A stretch of DNA of 64,000 bases, from contig OZ219747.1 in NCBI GenBank assembly GCA_964291265.2, positions 2,784,001 to 2,848,000 of the forward strand, read 5' to 3'. Below the pieces are notes generated by a model. The model was not told the origin of the DNA and did no database searches. It saw only the letters and a program-made list of their open reading frames with translations. Origin of the DNA: Alphaproteobacteria bacterium. GTDB lineage: Bacteria; Pseudomonadota; Alphaproteobacteria; SP197. The translations under genes were made by a program, and so were the position numbers. Positions 51,481-61,107 of the stretch are shown one piece after another; position 1 is the stretch's first letter, and every line of letters begins with the position of its first letter.

Positions 51481-52682
51481 ATGGAGGGACGACCGCGCCT
51501 GGCGGACGATACCGGACACCGACAGATTGTCCATCGGCTGCTTCCCGGATCCCGGAAGAACGCACGCAGGCTGGCTGCTCTCGCTCACCGCCTGCCGCTT
51601 CGTCCGGAACGTCGTGCTCAACCGCCTTGGAGCAGCGGCGAGACTGGCGGGTGCGGAACGGCTTACCCGAGCGTTTCGTTCTTCACGGCTCGGCCAGGCC
51701 TTCACCCGGCTTCGCCGGTTCACGCCGCGCTTGCAGGAGATGCCGTGTGCGCTTGAGCGCTCTGCCCTCAAGCAGCGTGGCAACGATGTTTCAGGGGGCT
51801 GAGGCGGCCGCCTGAAATGCAAGCGGCGCGGGCATGATGAGCGTGTGCGCTCCCGGACGCCATCCGCATCCGTGGTGGCAGGCTCCACGTTCAGGAAGAT
51901 CGGGCCGACGACGCTGCGCCGCTGGGCAGGGAACCCTTGCCCCGAGAGAGAGCCGGTCCGTCATCAGGCGGATCGACGGCACGTGGCATGTGATCCGTCT
52001 GCTGCCAGGGTTGGCGGCTGTCGAGCGCCGACGACGACGGCACGGTGACCGGCATCGACATGAACGCAGGCCAGGTGGCCACCAGCGACGGCGGGATCCT
52101 CCATGCGCCGGTGACCGACCGCCTCGAAGCGCGGTGCAAGCGGTCGCAGCGGTCGCAGCGCAGGATGTCGCGCGGGCAGCAAGCGACGTGAACGCACCCG
52201 CCGCCGCCATGCCCGGACGGTGCGCAAGGATGGTCATGAAGCGGCGCACCTGGCGGCACCACGTCTTGCGGAAGCTGGCCGGCGGAACGGTCGTCGTGGA
52301 AGGTCTGAAGACCGCCGACATGACCAGGAGTGCAAAGGGCACGGACGAGCATCCCGGGACGAACGTGAAGGCGAGGTCCGGGCTGAACCGTGAAATCCTC
52401 GCCACGGGCTGGGGTGAGTTGCGGGCGATGCTCGCCGACAAGGCTCCGCGCCTCGTCTGAGGTGAACGCGGCGTATACCAGCCAGACGTGTGCGCAGTGC
52501 GGAACGGCTCAACGCCGCCTCGCGTCCGTCGCAGGCGACATTCACATGCGTGGCCTCATGGCCATGCGGACCTGAATGCGGCCCGCAACATCAGGCGTCG
52601 GAGACTGGCGCATCTGCACGAGGATGGAGCGTGGCCGCCAGGCACGATGATCCGTGAAACGGATCGCAGACTGACGGCATGA
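51481..52682 (+). pseudogene. tnpB: TnpB-family RNA-guided nuclease, multiply frameshifted
   Basis: ACRFV.N, TGIDMN, VVVEGL...MTRSAKGT...NV.A.SGLNR.IL..GWG, YTSQTC..CG, HADLNAARNI. Confidence 0.9.
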
Positions 52683-52708
52683 GCCTTTCAGTCAACGATA
52701 CAAGTCCC
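52551..52708 (+). repeat. tnpB 3' end/right end (expected omegaRNA scaffold region), copy 1
   Basis: Near identical to 54456-54612; hairpins GATCCGT-GAA-ACGGATC and GACTGA...TCAGTC. Confidence 0.85.
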
Positions 52709-52746
52709 CCAAGACAGGCCGGCCGGGATCGGATTATACTTGGGGC

Positions 52747-53001
52747 ATGACGAACGGAGACCACGCCGATCTCGCGGCGAAGATGGCGGCATTGGAGGAA
52801 CGCATGAACACCCGGCAGGCCGAGTACAAGACCGACATCGCACTCCTGGCCAAGGAAGCTGCCGAGCGGGACAGGGAAGCTGCCAAGCGCGAGGCGCGCC
52901 TCGAGCGCGAGATCCGCAACGGCCTGCGATGGCAGATCGGCTTCACGCTCGGCGGCATCGCAATTGCTGTCGCTCTCATTGGCATCCTCATCCGCATGTA
53001 G
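52747..53001 (+). CDS. Small coiled-coil protein with C-terminal TM helix
   Basis: ALEERM...EYKTDIALLA...RWQIGFTLGGIAIAVALIGILIR. Confidence 0.8.
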   Translation: MTNGDHADLAAKMAALEERMNTRQAEYKTDIALLAKEAAERDREAAKREARLEREIRNGLRWQIGFTLGGIAIAVALIGILIRM

Positions 53002-53040
53002 TCTGAACCACCGCACCAGCATCAATGGGAGAGGCACACA

Positions 53041-53283
53041 ATGGCGGCTGACACTCTGGCGATTGTTCACCTCCTGGAGGCGGCAGGCGTCGAGCGTAGC
53101 GTGGCGGAGGCTCACGCGGCCGCGATCCAGACCGCGGTTGATCATCACCAGGATCACTTGGCCACAAAGGCCGACCTGGAGGTCCGCCTCGCCGCCATGG
53201 AGGCACGCCTGACCTGGCGCATGGTTGGTCTCCAGGTCGGTGTCGGTGGACTGATCATCGCGGTCCTGAAGTTCGTCCCCTGA
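53041..53283 (+). CDS. DUF1640/CCDC90-like small membrane protein
   Basis: DTL...LEAAGV....AEA...LATKADL...MEARLTWRM plus TM tail; GGGAGAGG RBS. Confidence 0.8.
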   Translation: MAADTLAIVHLLEAAGVERSVAEAHAAAIQTAVDHHQDHLATKADLEVRLAAMEARLTWRMVGLQVGVGGLIIAVLKFVP

Positions 53284-53299
53284 TCCGCTCGTCGCGAAG

Positions 53300-53497
53300 G
53301 TGGCGGCATTGGAGAAGCGCATGAGCACCAGGCAAGTCGAGTACAAGACCGACATCGCACTCCTGGCCAAGGATGCTGCCGAGCGCGATGCGCGCCTCGA
53401 ACGCGAAATCCGCAACGGCCTGCGGTGGCAGATCGGCTTCACGCTCGGCGGCATCGCAATCGCTGTGGCTATCATCGGCATTCTCATCCGCCTCTGA
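53300..53497 (+). CDS. 5'-shortened paralog of 52747-53001
   Basis: Nearly identical C-terminus, 7 residues shorter in the coiled coil. Confidence 0.65.
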   Translation: MAALEKRMSTRQVEYKTDIALLAKDAAERDARLEREIRNGLRWQIGFTLGGIAIAVAIIGILIRL

Positions 53498-53566
53498 AGA
53501 GCCCGGTGCGGCTGCCCTGCCGCTTGGGCCTCAACAGTTCCCGACGACCGGGAAAGGGAGCGTCCC

Positions 53567-54121
53567 ATGACTGATCACCAAGGAGACACCCCGTGGAGGC
53601 ACGCACCGCCGGAGAGACTCCCCGGCGAGACGCTGGAGGAATGTATCATCCGCCGCGCCGCCAGGATGAGGAAGGTCCAGGCGTTCATCGCCGTCTACGC
53701 AGAAGAGATCGAGGCACTCGGCGACGGTCCGGAGGCCGATTGCCTTCTCAAGGCGATCCGCACCCTGCAGGACGAGGAAGATCATCTCTGGCTGCGGGGT
53801 GATGAGGAGAGATTCCGGCCCTTGATCCTCTGCTTCACGATCGGCGAGGAATTGGAGAAGCTGGAGGCGCTACGACCTTTCCCCTCCCTGGAGGTGGAGG
53901 AGGCGCAAAGGGACCTTGAGGATCGGAGCAACGTCTGCCACTACACGATCAAGGGCGACTTGATCAGGCTCCGTGGCGAGATGGACGAGGCGCGGTGCCA
54001 AGAGCTTTGGGAGAGGGCCTGCAGAGACGCCGCCGAAGCGCGCGACGAGCTCCTGGTTCAGGGCCTGATCCGCCCTCGCGCGGTCGGCCAGCAGCTACCG
54101 CCCTCGAAGGACTCCAGCTAG
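53567..54121 (+). CDS. Hypothetical alpha-helical protein, paralog of 2231-2932
   Basis: Shared conserved blocks; AGGGAG RBS. Confidence 0.8.
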   Translation: MTDHQGDTPWRHAPPERLPGETLEECIIRRAARMRKVQAFIAVYAEEIEALGDGPEADCLLKAIRTLQDEEDHLWLRGDEERFRPLILCFTIGEELEKLEALRPFPSLEVEEAQRDLEDRSNVCHYTIKGDLIRLRGEMDEARCQELWERACRDAAEARDELLVQGLIRPRAVGQQLPPSKDSS

Positions 54122-54216
54122 CCAGAATCCTGCCGCCGCAGGCGCGGCCCCGGCGACATCTTCCGGCCGGGCGGCCAGGACCATTCTCTTGTCGGGTCCG
54201 TGGATTGCTGATGTGA

Positions 54217-54462
54217 CAGGGACTTGGCATGGTGGAGGCGCCCACGGGTTCACTTTGGGCCGGTTTCAGTGGCCCCTGCGGTGCATCAGGACTCACCGGG
54301 CTCGCTTTTTTGGGTGTTCGAGCAGAGCTGTCTTGTTGCGCCGTTCGGCGGCGCGTTCCCGGCTTTTGGCGCGGGGTCAGGAGCGAAGGTTCATCCGCCG
54401 GGCGGGATGAGGATAGCGTCGAGTTCGTCCTGGGCGCGGGCGGCGTAGTGCCGGTTGGCCTC
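54217..54462 (-). mobile_element. ISAs1-like right-end remnant
   Basis: EANRHYAARAQDELDAILIPPGG* then an end reading ...CATGCCAAGTCCCTG, typical of ISAs1 ends. Confidence 0.6.
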
Positions 54463-54612
54463 ATGCCATGCGGACCTGAATGCGGCCCGCAACATCAGGC
54501 GTCGGGGACTGGCGCATCTGCACGAGGATGGAGCGTTGCCGCCAGGCACGATGATCCGTGAAACGGATCGCAGACTGACGGCATGCGCCTTTCAGTCAAC
54601 GATACAGGTCCC
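54456..54612 (+). repeat. tnpB 3' end/right end, copy 2 (stand-alone)
   Basis: Near identical to 52551-52708, with a different downstream flank. Confidence 0.85.
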
Positions 54613-54802
54613 ATTTGATATTGCGCGTGATTGCTTTATTCTGGTGTCCGCGACAACCCCTCACCTAGGGCGGCGGTTGTCATCGTGCAGGCCCGGCAAC
54701 GGGCCTGAGGACAGGTTGAACCTGTGTTGCGTGGCGCCCCCGGGGGGCGGAAACGATCGGAATGGAGTTCAGGATGCCGGCGAAGTTCTCGAGGCGAGGT
54801 GA

Positions 54803-55924
54803 ATGACGGGCAGCACGCGCAGACCGGATCGCGGGAGCAACGAGCCCCAGGTTCGTTTCGAGAACGTCCAGAAGACCTATGACGGTGAGGTTCTCGTGGT
54901 CAAGGGCCTCAATCTGGCGATCGAGAAAGGCGAGTTCCTCACACTTCTCGGACCGTCCGGATCGGGCAAGACAACGACCCTCATGATGCTCGCCGGGTTC
55001 GAATCGACGACTCATGGCGACATCGTGCTCAACGGGCGTTCGCTGCGCCTTGTGCCGCCTCACAAGCGGGACATCGGCATGGTCTTCCAGAACTACGCCC
55101 TGTTTCCGCACATGACGGTCTACGAGAACCTCGAGTTTCCCCTGCAGTGCCACAAGGTGGAAAAGTCCCTCCGGGAGAAGAAGATCGCCGATGCCCTCGC
55201 CATGGTCGAACTCACCGGATTCGAGAGGCGCCGCCCGGCACAGCTTTCCGGTGGTCAGCAGCAGCGCGTCGCCTTGGCGCGTGCCCTCGTGTTCGAGCCC
55301 CAGATCGTCCTCATGGACGAGCCGCTGGGCGCTCTCGACAAGAAGCTGCGCGAGCAGATGCAGATCGAGATGAAGCACATTCACCAGAACGTGGGCCTGA
55401 CGTTCGTCTACGTCACGCATGACCAGAGTGAGGCGCTGACCATGTCGGACCGCATCGCGGTCTTCGATGACGGGGTCATCCAGCAGCTTGACGCCCCCGA
55501 GGAACTCTATGAACGGCCGAAGAACGCCTTCGTTGCCCAGTTCATCGGCGAGAACAACCGGCTCAAGGGCAGGATTGTCGAGTTCGCGGAGGATCTCTGT
55601 CTTGTCGAACTCCCCAGCGGCCACACGATCAGGGCCCTGCCGGTCAATGTTTCCGGGGTGGGACAGCAGACCACCCTGTCACTTCGTCCCGAGGTCGTGG
55701 TGGTCGGCGCCGCGGAAAGCGATGGTTGCGACGACGTCTTCACGGCAGTGGTGCAGGAACAGATCTACATGGGTGACCACACGAGGGTACGCATGGAGGT
55801 TTTCGGGCACGACGATTTCGTCGTCAAGGTGCCGCGTGGTTCGGGACTTGGCGGTCTCGAACCGGGGCAGGAAGTCGGAATCGGCTGGCGGTCGGTGGAC
55901 TGCCGGGCGCTGGACGCCACCTGA
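54803..55924 (+). CDS. Polyamine ABC transporter ATP-binding protein (PotA-like)
   Basis: GPSGSGKTT, FQNYALFPHM, LSGGQQQR, DEPLGALD, TOBE domain. Confidence 0.93.
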   Translation: MTGSTRRPDRGSNEPQVRFENVQKTYDGEVLVVKGLNLAIEKGEFLTLLGPSGSGKTTTLMMLAGFESTTHGDIVLNGRSLRLVPPHKRDIGMVFQNYALFPHMTVYENLEFPLQCHKVEKSLREKKIADALAMVELTGFERRRPAQLSGGQQQRVALARALVFEPQIVLMDEPLGALDKKLREQMQIEMKHIHQNVGLTFVYVTHDQSEALTMSDRIAVFDDGVIQQLDAPEELYERPKNAFVAQFIGENNRLKGRIVEFAEDLCLVELPSGHTIRALPVNVSGVGQQTTLSLRPEVVVVGAAESDGCDDVFTAVVQEQIYMGDHTRVRMEVFGHDDFVVKVPRGSGLGGLEPGQEVGIGWRSVDCRALDAT

Positions 55925-56027
55925 CATGACAGGGGGCATCCTTGAGGCCGCGTGACGCGGCGCGTGACGCAGGGTCTTCGTGACCGTGCAAGACATGAAC
56001 AACGTCCTTTGAAGGGAGACGACAATC

Positions 56028-57101
56028 ATGAAGGAAGTACTGAAAGTTTCTGCCGCGGCCCTTGTCGGTGTCGCGTTGGCGGGTCTGCAGGCGCCGTCGG
56101 CCGTTCAGGCCGAGGACACGATTACCGTGGCGTCCTGGGGTGGCGCCTACTCCGCCAGCCAGCGCGAGGCCTACTACAAACCTGCGGCCAAGGAAATCGA
56201 CATCACCGTCCTCGAGGACGAGTGGGGCGGCACCCTGTCGGAGATCCGCGTTCAAGTCGAGAGTGGCGAGTACAAGTGGCACGTCATCGACACGGAGTCG
56301 GGAACGGCCATGGCCGGTTGTGACGAGGGCCTTCTCGCCGAACTCGACTGGGAGATGCTGGGCGGCATGGACCGCTTCTTCCCCGGTGCGGCACTCGATT
56401 GTTCGGTGGGCACGATTTCGTGGGCAACCATCTATTCCTATGATGGTGACGTCTTCTCCGGTGACAATGTTCCAACGACGGTCGCCGATTTCTTCGACCT
56501 CAAGACCTTCCCGGGCAAGCGTGGTCTCTATGCCAACAGCCCGGCGGCTTCCCTGGAGATGGCGCTGATTGCTGACGGTGTTCCCGCTGACGAGGTCTAT
56601 GCCTACCTCACCGACAATGAGGAAGAGGCCATTGATCGCGCCTTCGCCAAGCTGGCGACGATCAAGGACGAGGTCGTCTGGTGGGACAGCGGCGCCATGG
56701 CGCCGCAGCTTCTTGCTGACGGCGAAGTCGCCATGACCACCGCCTGGAACGGGCGCATCTACAATGCGATCGTCACGGAGGGCAAGAACTTCGTCATCGT
56801 CTGGGACGGCCAGATCATCGACTATGACCACTGGGTCATTCCGGCCGAACATCCGGAATATGATCTCGGCATGAAGTTCATCGAGTATGCCAGCCGCCCC
56901 GAAATCATGGCGCGCCAGTCTCAGTACATCTCGTACGGTCCGACGACCGCCGAGGCCGGTGAACTCATCAACCCGGACATTCTCCAGCACCTGCCGACTG
57001 CTGCGGCCAATCTCACGAATGCCCTGTGGGTGGATACCGTCTGGTGGGCGGATCGTGAAGAGGAACTGACCGAGCGCTTCCAGGTCTGGCGTTCTCAGTA
57101 A
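56028..57101 (+). CDS. Polyamine ABC transporter substrate-binding protein
   Basis: Signal peptide, SWGGAY, DFFD...FPGKR, LE.AL.ADGV, AWNGR. Confidence 0.92.
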   Translation: MKEVLKVSAAALVGVALAGLQAPSAVQAEDTITVASWGGAYSASQREAYYKPAAKEIDITVLEDEWGGTLSEIRVQVESGEYKWHVIDTESGTAMAGCDEGLLAELDWEMLGGMDRFFPGAALDCSVGTISWATIYSYDGDVFSGDNVPTTVADFFDLKTFPGKRGLYANSPAASLEMALIADGVPADEVYAYLTDNEEEAIDRAFAKLATIKDEVVWWDSGAMAPQLLADGEVAMTTAWNGRIYNAIVTEGKNFVIVWDGQIIDYDHWVIPAEHPEYDLGMKFIEYASRPEIMARQSQYISYGPTTAEAGELINPDILQHLPTAAANLTNALWVDTVWWADREEELTERFQVWRSQ

Positions 57102-57114
57102 CGTTCGTGTTGCG

Positions 57115-57151
57115 GGGACGACCGGGACCTCATGATCCCGGTCGTCCCTTT
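57115..57151 (+). terminator. Intergenic stem-loop after the SBP gene (attenuating or stabilising)
   Basis: GGGACGACCGGGA-loop-TCCCGGTCGTCCC followed by TTT. Confidence 0.7.
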
Positions 57152-57183
57152 CGTCCTTCCAGGCGGTCCGGAGACTGCAAGAC

Positions 57184-58446
57184 ATGGTGGCAACCACAGG
57201 CAGCCATGACGTGATGCGCACTGCCGACGGCGTGCCGCTGAGGATCAAGCTCCAGCGCGCCGAGCGCATGCGCAAGGTGTGGGCGCTCGCCCTTGTGGCG
57301 CCGCTCTTCCTGTTTCTCGTGGTGGGGTTCATCCTCCCCATCATCTCGCTTCTCTCGCTTTCCGTCGAGGACCCGGACCTGACGATGGGCTTCCCGCGCA
57401 CGACGGAGCTGTTTCAGGAGTGGGATGGTCAGGGATTTCCTTCAGAGGAGGCCATGGCCACCTTTGCCGAGGAGCTCTCCGTCGCCGGGCGCGGCGAGTT
57501 CGGCCGTGCCGCCAAGCGGCTCAACTACGACATCAGCGGTTTCAAGTCGATGGTCAAGAAGACCGCCCGCAAGTCCGAAGAGCTTGCGCGGCTTCCTCGC
57601 GACCAGATCCACGATGGTTTCATCAAGATCGACAAGGACTGGGGTGACCCTGCCTACTGGTTTGCCATCAAGAACGCCTCCAGCTACTACACCGACTACT
57701 ACCTCCTGTGGTCACTCGACCTGAAGCGCGACACGGAACGCGAGATCGTCGGGGTTTCGCCTGACCGGGCCATTTACGTCGACGTTCTCCTGCGGACCAT
57801 CGAGATCAGCTTTGCCGTCACCCTGCTGTGCTTCCTGCTCGGTCTGCCGATTGCCTACCTCCTGGCGACATTGCCGACGCGCATCAGCAACCTGCTGCTG
57901 ATACTCGTTCTTCTGCCATTCTGGACATCGCTGCTGGTGCGAACGACCTCGTGGCTCGTGCTGTTGCAGAACGAAGGGTTGATCAACGACATGGCCTTGT
58001 GGCTGGGCCTGTGGAACGAGCCCCAGGAACTGATCCGCAACCGGTTCGGTGTCTACGTGGCGATGGTGCACATTCTCCTGCCGTTCATGGTGCTGCCCAT
58101 GTACAGCGTCATGAAGACCATCAACCCATGGCACATGCGGGCCGCGGCATCCCTCGGCGCACCGGGCTGGAAGGCCTTCCTGAAGGTCTACTTTCCCCAG
58201 TGCATGCCCGGAGTGGCGGCGGGAACCCTGCTCGTCTTCATTCTTTCACTGGGATACTACATCACCCCGGCGCTGGTCGGCGGACCCGGCGATCAGATGA
58301 TCAGCTACTGGATCGTCCAGAACATGGGGCGCACGGCCAACTGGGGGCTTGGCGCGGCCTTGTCCGTCGTGCTGCTTCTGCTCACTCTTGTCATGTTCTT
58401 CATCTACAACCGCTTTGTCGGTGTTGACCGGCTCAAGGTGAACTGA
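57184..58446 (+). CDS. Polyamine ABC permease (PotB-like)
   Basis: LLPFWTSLLVRT, HILLPFMVLP, AA.SLGA, GYYITPALVGG. Confidence 0.92.
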   Translation: MVATTGSHDVMRTADGVPLRIKLQRAERMRKVWALALVAPLFLFLVVGFILPIISLLSLSVEDPDLTMGFPRTTELFQEWDGQGFPSEEAMATFAEELSVAGRGEFGRAAKRLNYDISGFKSMVKKTARKSEELARLPRDQIHDGFIKIDKDWGDPAYWFAIKNASSYYTDYYLLWSLDLKRDTEREIVGVSPDRAIYVDVLLRTIEISFAVTLLCFLLGLPIAYLLATLPTRISNLLLILVLLPFWTSLLVRTTSWLVLLQNEGLINDMALWLGLWNEPQELIRNRFGVYVAMVHILLPFMVLPMYSVMKTINPWHMRAAASLGAPGWKAFLKVYFPQCMPGVAAGTLLVFILSLGYYITPALVGGPGDQMISYWIVQNMGRTANWGLGAALSVVLLLLTLVMFFIYNRFVGVDRLKVN

Positions 58447-58448
58447 CC

Positions 58449-59276
58449 ATGGCCATGCCGTCCTATGCCACGACACTCGACAGGATCTGGTATGTCACGT
58501 TCCGGGTGATCTGCTGTCTGGTCTTCGCCTTCCTGATCATACCGATCATCGTCATCATCCCGCTCAGCTTCAATGCCGAACCCTACTTCACCTATCCCAT
58601 GCCCGGTTTCTCGTTGCGCTGGTACGAAGAGTTCTTCACGAGTCCGCAATGGTTGCTGGGCCTCCGGAACAGCATCATCGTCGGCATCTTCGCGACCCTG
58701 GTGGCGACAGTGCTGGGAACCCTGGCGGCACTGGGTCTCAATCGCGCCGAGTATCCCGGGAAATCCACGATCCTCGCGGTCCTCATCTCACCCATCATCG
58801 TGCCGATCGTCATCACGGCAGCCGGCATGTTCTATTTCTATGCCAAGGTTGGACTGGCCGGGACCCTTGCCGGCCTCGTGTTCGCCCATGCCACCATCGG
58901 TGTGCCGTTCGTCGTCATCACCGTTTCGGCCACCCTGGCGGGCTTCGATCACAATCTCATTCGGGCCGGTGCAAGTCTCGGGGGAGACCCCTTGCGCGTC
59001 TTCTTCCGCATCACCCTGCCCATCATCTTCCCCGGGGTGGTGGCTGGTGCACTCTTCGCCTTCATCACATCCTGGGATGAGCTGGTCATCGCGATCTTCC
59101 TTGCCGGTACCGAAGAGCACACGCTCCCAAGGCGCATGTGGTCGGGCATCCGCGAGCTCATTTCTCCGACCATCATGGCGGTCGCCACCATGCTGATCAT
59201 GACCTCGATTGGATTGATGATCGTGATGGAACTCCTGCGCCGCCGCAGTGAACGGCTGCGCGGCATCACGCCCTGA
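58449..59276 (+). CDS. Polyamine ABC permease (PotC-like)
   Basis: FSLRWY, PFVVITV.A.L, ALFAF.TSWDE. Confidence 0.92.
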   Translation: MAMPSYATTLDRIWYVTFRVICCLVFAFLIIPIIVIIPLSFNAEPYFTYPMPGFSLRWYEEFFTSPQWLLGLRNSIIVGIFATLVATVLGTLAALGLNRAEYPGKSTILAVLISPIIVPIVITAAGMFYFYAKVGLAGTLAGLVFAHATIGVPFVVITVSATLAGFDHNLIRAGASLGGDPLRVFFRITLPIIFPGVVAGALFAFITSWDELVIAIFLAGTEEHTLPRRMWSGIRELISPTIMAVATMLIMTSIGLMIVMELLRRRSERLRGITP

Positions 59277-59429
59277 CGGCCACTTTCCCGATTTTCGACG
59301 GACAGGACACCTGTTTGTCGTCCTTCCCGATCATGGCCGTCCGCGGAGTGGCCGCGTGACTGCTCGTGAGCGTTCCGTTCGCGGGATGCAGCGCGTTGAC
59401 GGGTCTGCCGGCGACACTGTGAGAGGGGG

Positions 59430-60983
59430 ATGAACCTTGCAAGGGCCTTCCTGACAGTCAGTGGACTGACAGCCGCGAGCAGGGTTCTCGGATTCGTGCG
59501 GGACGTGCTGTTTGCCGCAGTTCTCGGGACGGGCTGGGTGGCGGACGCCTTCCTCGTCGCCTTCAAGCTCCCCAACTTCTTCCGCCGCCTTCTGGCGGAG
59601 GGCGCCTTCAACACCGTGTTCATTCCTCTCTTTGCCCGCCGTCTGGAGGGCGAAGGTGAGGCGGCAGCAAGGCGACTGGCCGATGAGGTCCTGGCGGTTC
59701 TCGCCGTGATCCTCTCCGTGCTGGTTGCCGTCTTCGAGGTGTCGATGCCGTGGGTGGTCGCGGTTCTGGCGCCAGGCTTCGTCGACGAGCCACGAAAGTT
59801 CGATCTGGCCGTCGACCTCACCCGGATCACCTTTCCCTACCTCCTTCTCATCTCTCTGGTGGCGCTTTTCGGCGGCATGCTCAACTCCACGGGGCGGTTC
59901 GCCGCCTATGCCGCGACTCCCATCCTGCTCAATTTCAGCCTCATTGGCGCAGCTCTCCTGATTCATGTGCTCGACGACGTGCACGCAGGGAGGGCCGTCT
60001 CCTGGGGTGTGACGTGCGGCGGTCTTCTGCAACTGGCGCTTGTTCTCCATGCAGTCAGGCGTGCCGGCATGGCGCCGCGCCTTCTCCTGCCGCGCCTGAC
60101 GTCGGGCGTGAGGGAGCTGCTCCGGCGTTTCGTGCCGGCGGCCCTTGGCGCCGGCGTGGTACAGATCAACCTTCTCATCGATCTGTGGGTTGCCTCGTTC
60201 CTCACCACCGGCGCCATCTCGTGGCTCTACTACGCCGACCGGGTCAATCAGCTGCCGCTGGGCATCGTCGGCATTGCCGTCGGCAGTGCGCTTCTTCCCT
60301 TGCTTTCCCGGCAGATCGAGGCCCGTGACGAGGCCGGGGCCAACGAGAGCCAGAGTCGCGCCATCGAACTTGTCATGGTCCTGTGTCTGCCGGCGGCGGC
60401 CGCCCTGGTGGTGATCGCGCATCCGGTGATGGTCGCGCTCTTCGAGCGCGGCGCCTTCAATGCCGCCGACAGCGAGGCGAGTGCCGCCGCTCTCAGGGCC
60501 TTCGCGGCCGGGTTGCCCGCCTATGTGCTCATCAAGGTGTTGGCGCCTGCGTTCTTTGCGCGCAAGGACCCCGGGATCGTGCTGAGGATCGCCTTGGTCG
60601 GCTTGCTGAGCAACCTTGCCGTCATGTTGGCCCTCGTCTGGTCCCTGGGTCACGTCGGCATTGCCCTTGCGACCGCGACGGCGGCATGGATCAACGCGAT
60701 CATCCTCTATGTGGTTCTGGTGCGCCGCGGCCATTTCACCGCGGACAGGCGCCTCAGGCGGCGCCTGCCCCGCATGGTCGTGGCCACGGCGGTGATGTCG
60801 ACGGCCCTCGCAGCCGCACACGCCGCTCGCGGCGAGTGGTGGTTCACGGACAGCGACCATCTCACCGCCTATCTGGCGATTCTCGTGACGCTCGGCCTCG
60901 TCACCTACGCGGTCACCGCCCGCCACCTGGGCGCGTGGGACCTCGGCGACCTTCGTGCCATGATCAGGCGAGATCGGGCCTGA
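59430..60983 (+). CDS. murJ: Lipid II flippase
   Basis: SRVLGFVRD, PNFFRRL.AEGAF, LYYADR..QLPLG. Confidence 0.96.
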   Translation: MNLARAFLTVSGLTAASRVLGFVRDVLFAAVLGTGWVADAFLVAFKLPNFFRRLLAEGAFNTVFIPLFARRLEGEGEAAARRLADEVLAVLAVILSVLVAVFEVSMPWVVAVLAPGFVDEPRKFDLAVDLTRITFPYLLLISLVALFGGMLNSTGRFAAYAATPILLNFSLIGAALLIHVLDDVHAGRAVSWGVTCGGLLQLALVLHAVRRAGMAPRLLLPRLTSGVRELLRRFVPAALGAGVVQINLLIDLWVASFLTTGAISWLYYADRVNQLPLGIVGIAVGSALLPLLSRQIEARDEAGANESQSRAIELVMVLCLPAAAALVVIAHPVMVALFERGAFNAADSEASAAALRAFAAGLPAYVLIKVLAPAFFARKDPGIVLRIALVGLLSNLAVMLALVWSLGHVGIALATATAAWINAIILYVVLVRRGHFTADRRLRRRLPRMVVATAVMSTALAAAHAARGEWWFTDSDHLTAYLAILVTLGLVTYAVTARHLGAWDLGDLRAMIRRDRA

Positions 60984-61107
60984 GACGCAGCGGTGCGGGA
61001 CGAGGCCGTGCGTCGGCAGGGCATGACGCGCTTGGTCCCTGTCGCGAAGCCGGTGCAGAGAGAGATGGTCAAACCGTGATGATGCGCCGGGTCCCGCCGC
61101 TGCGGCT

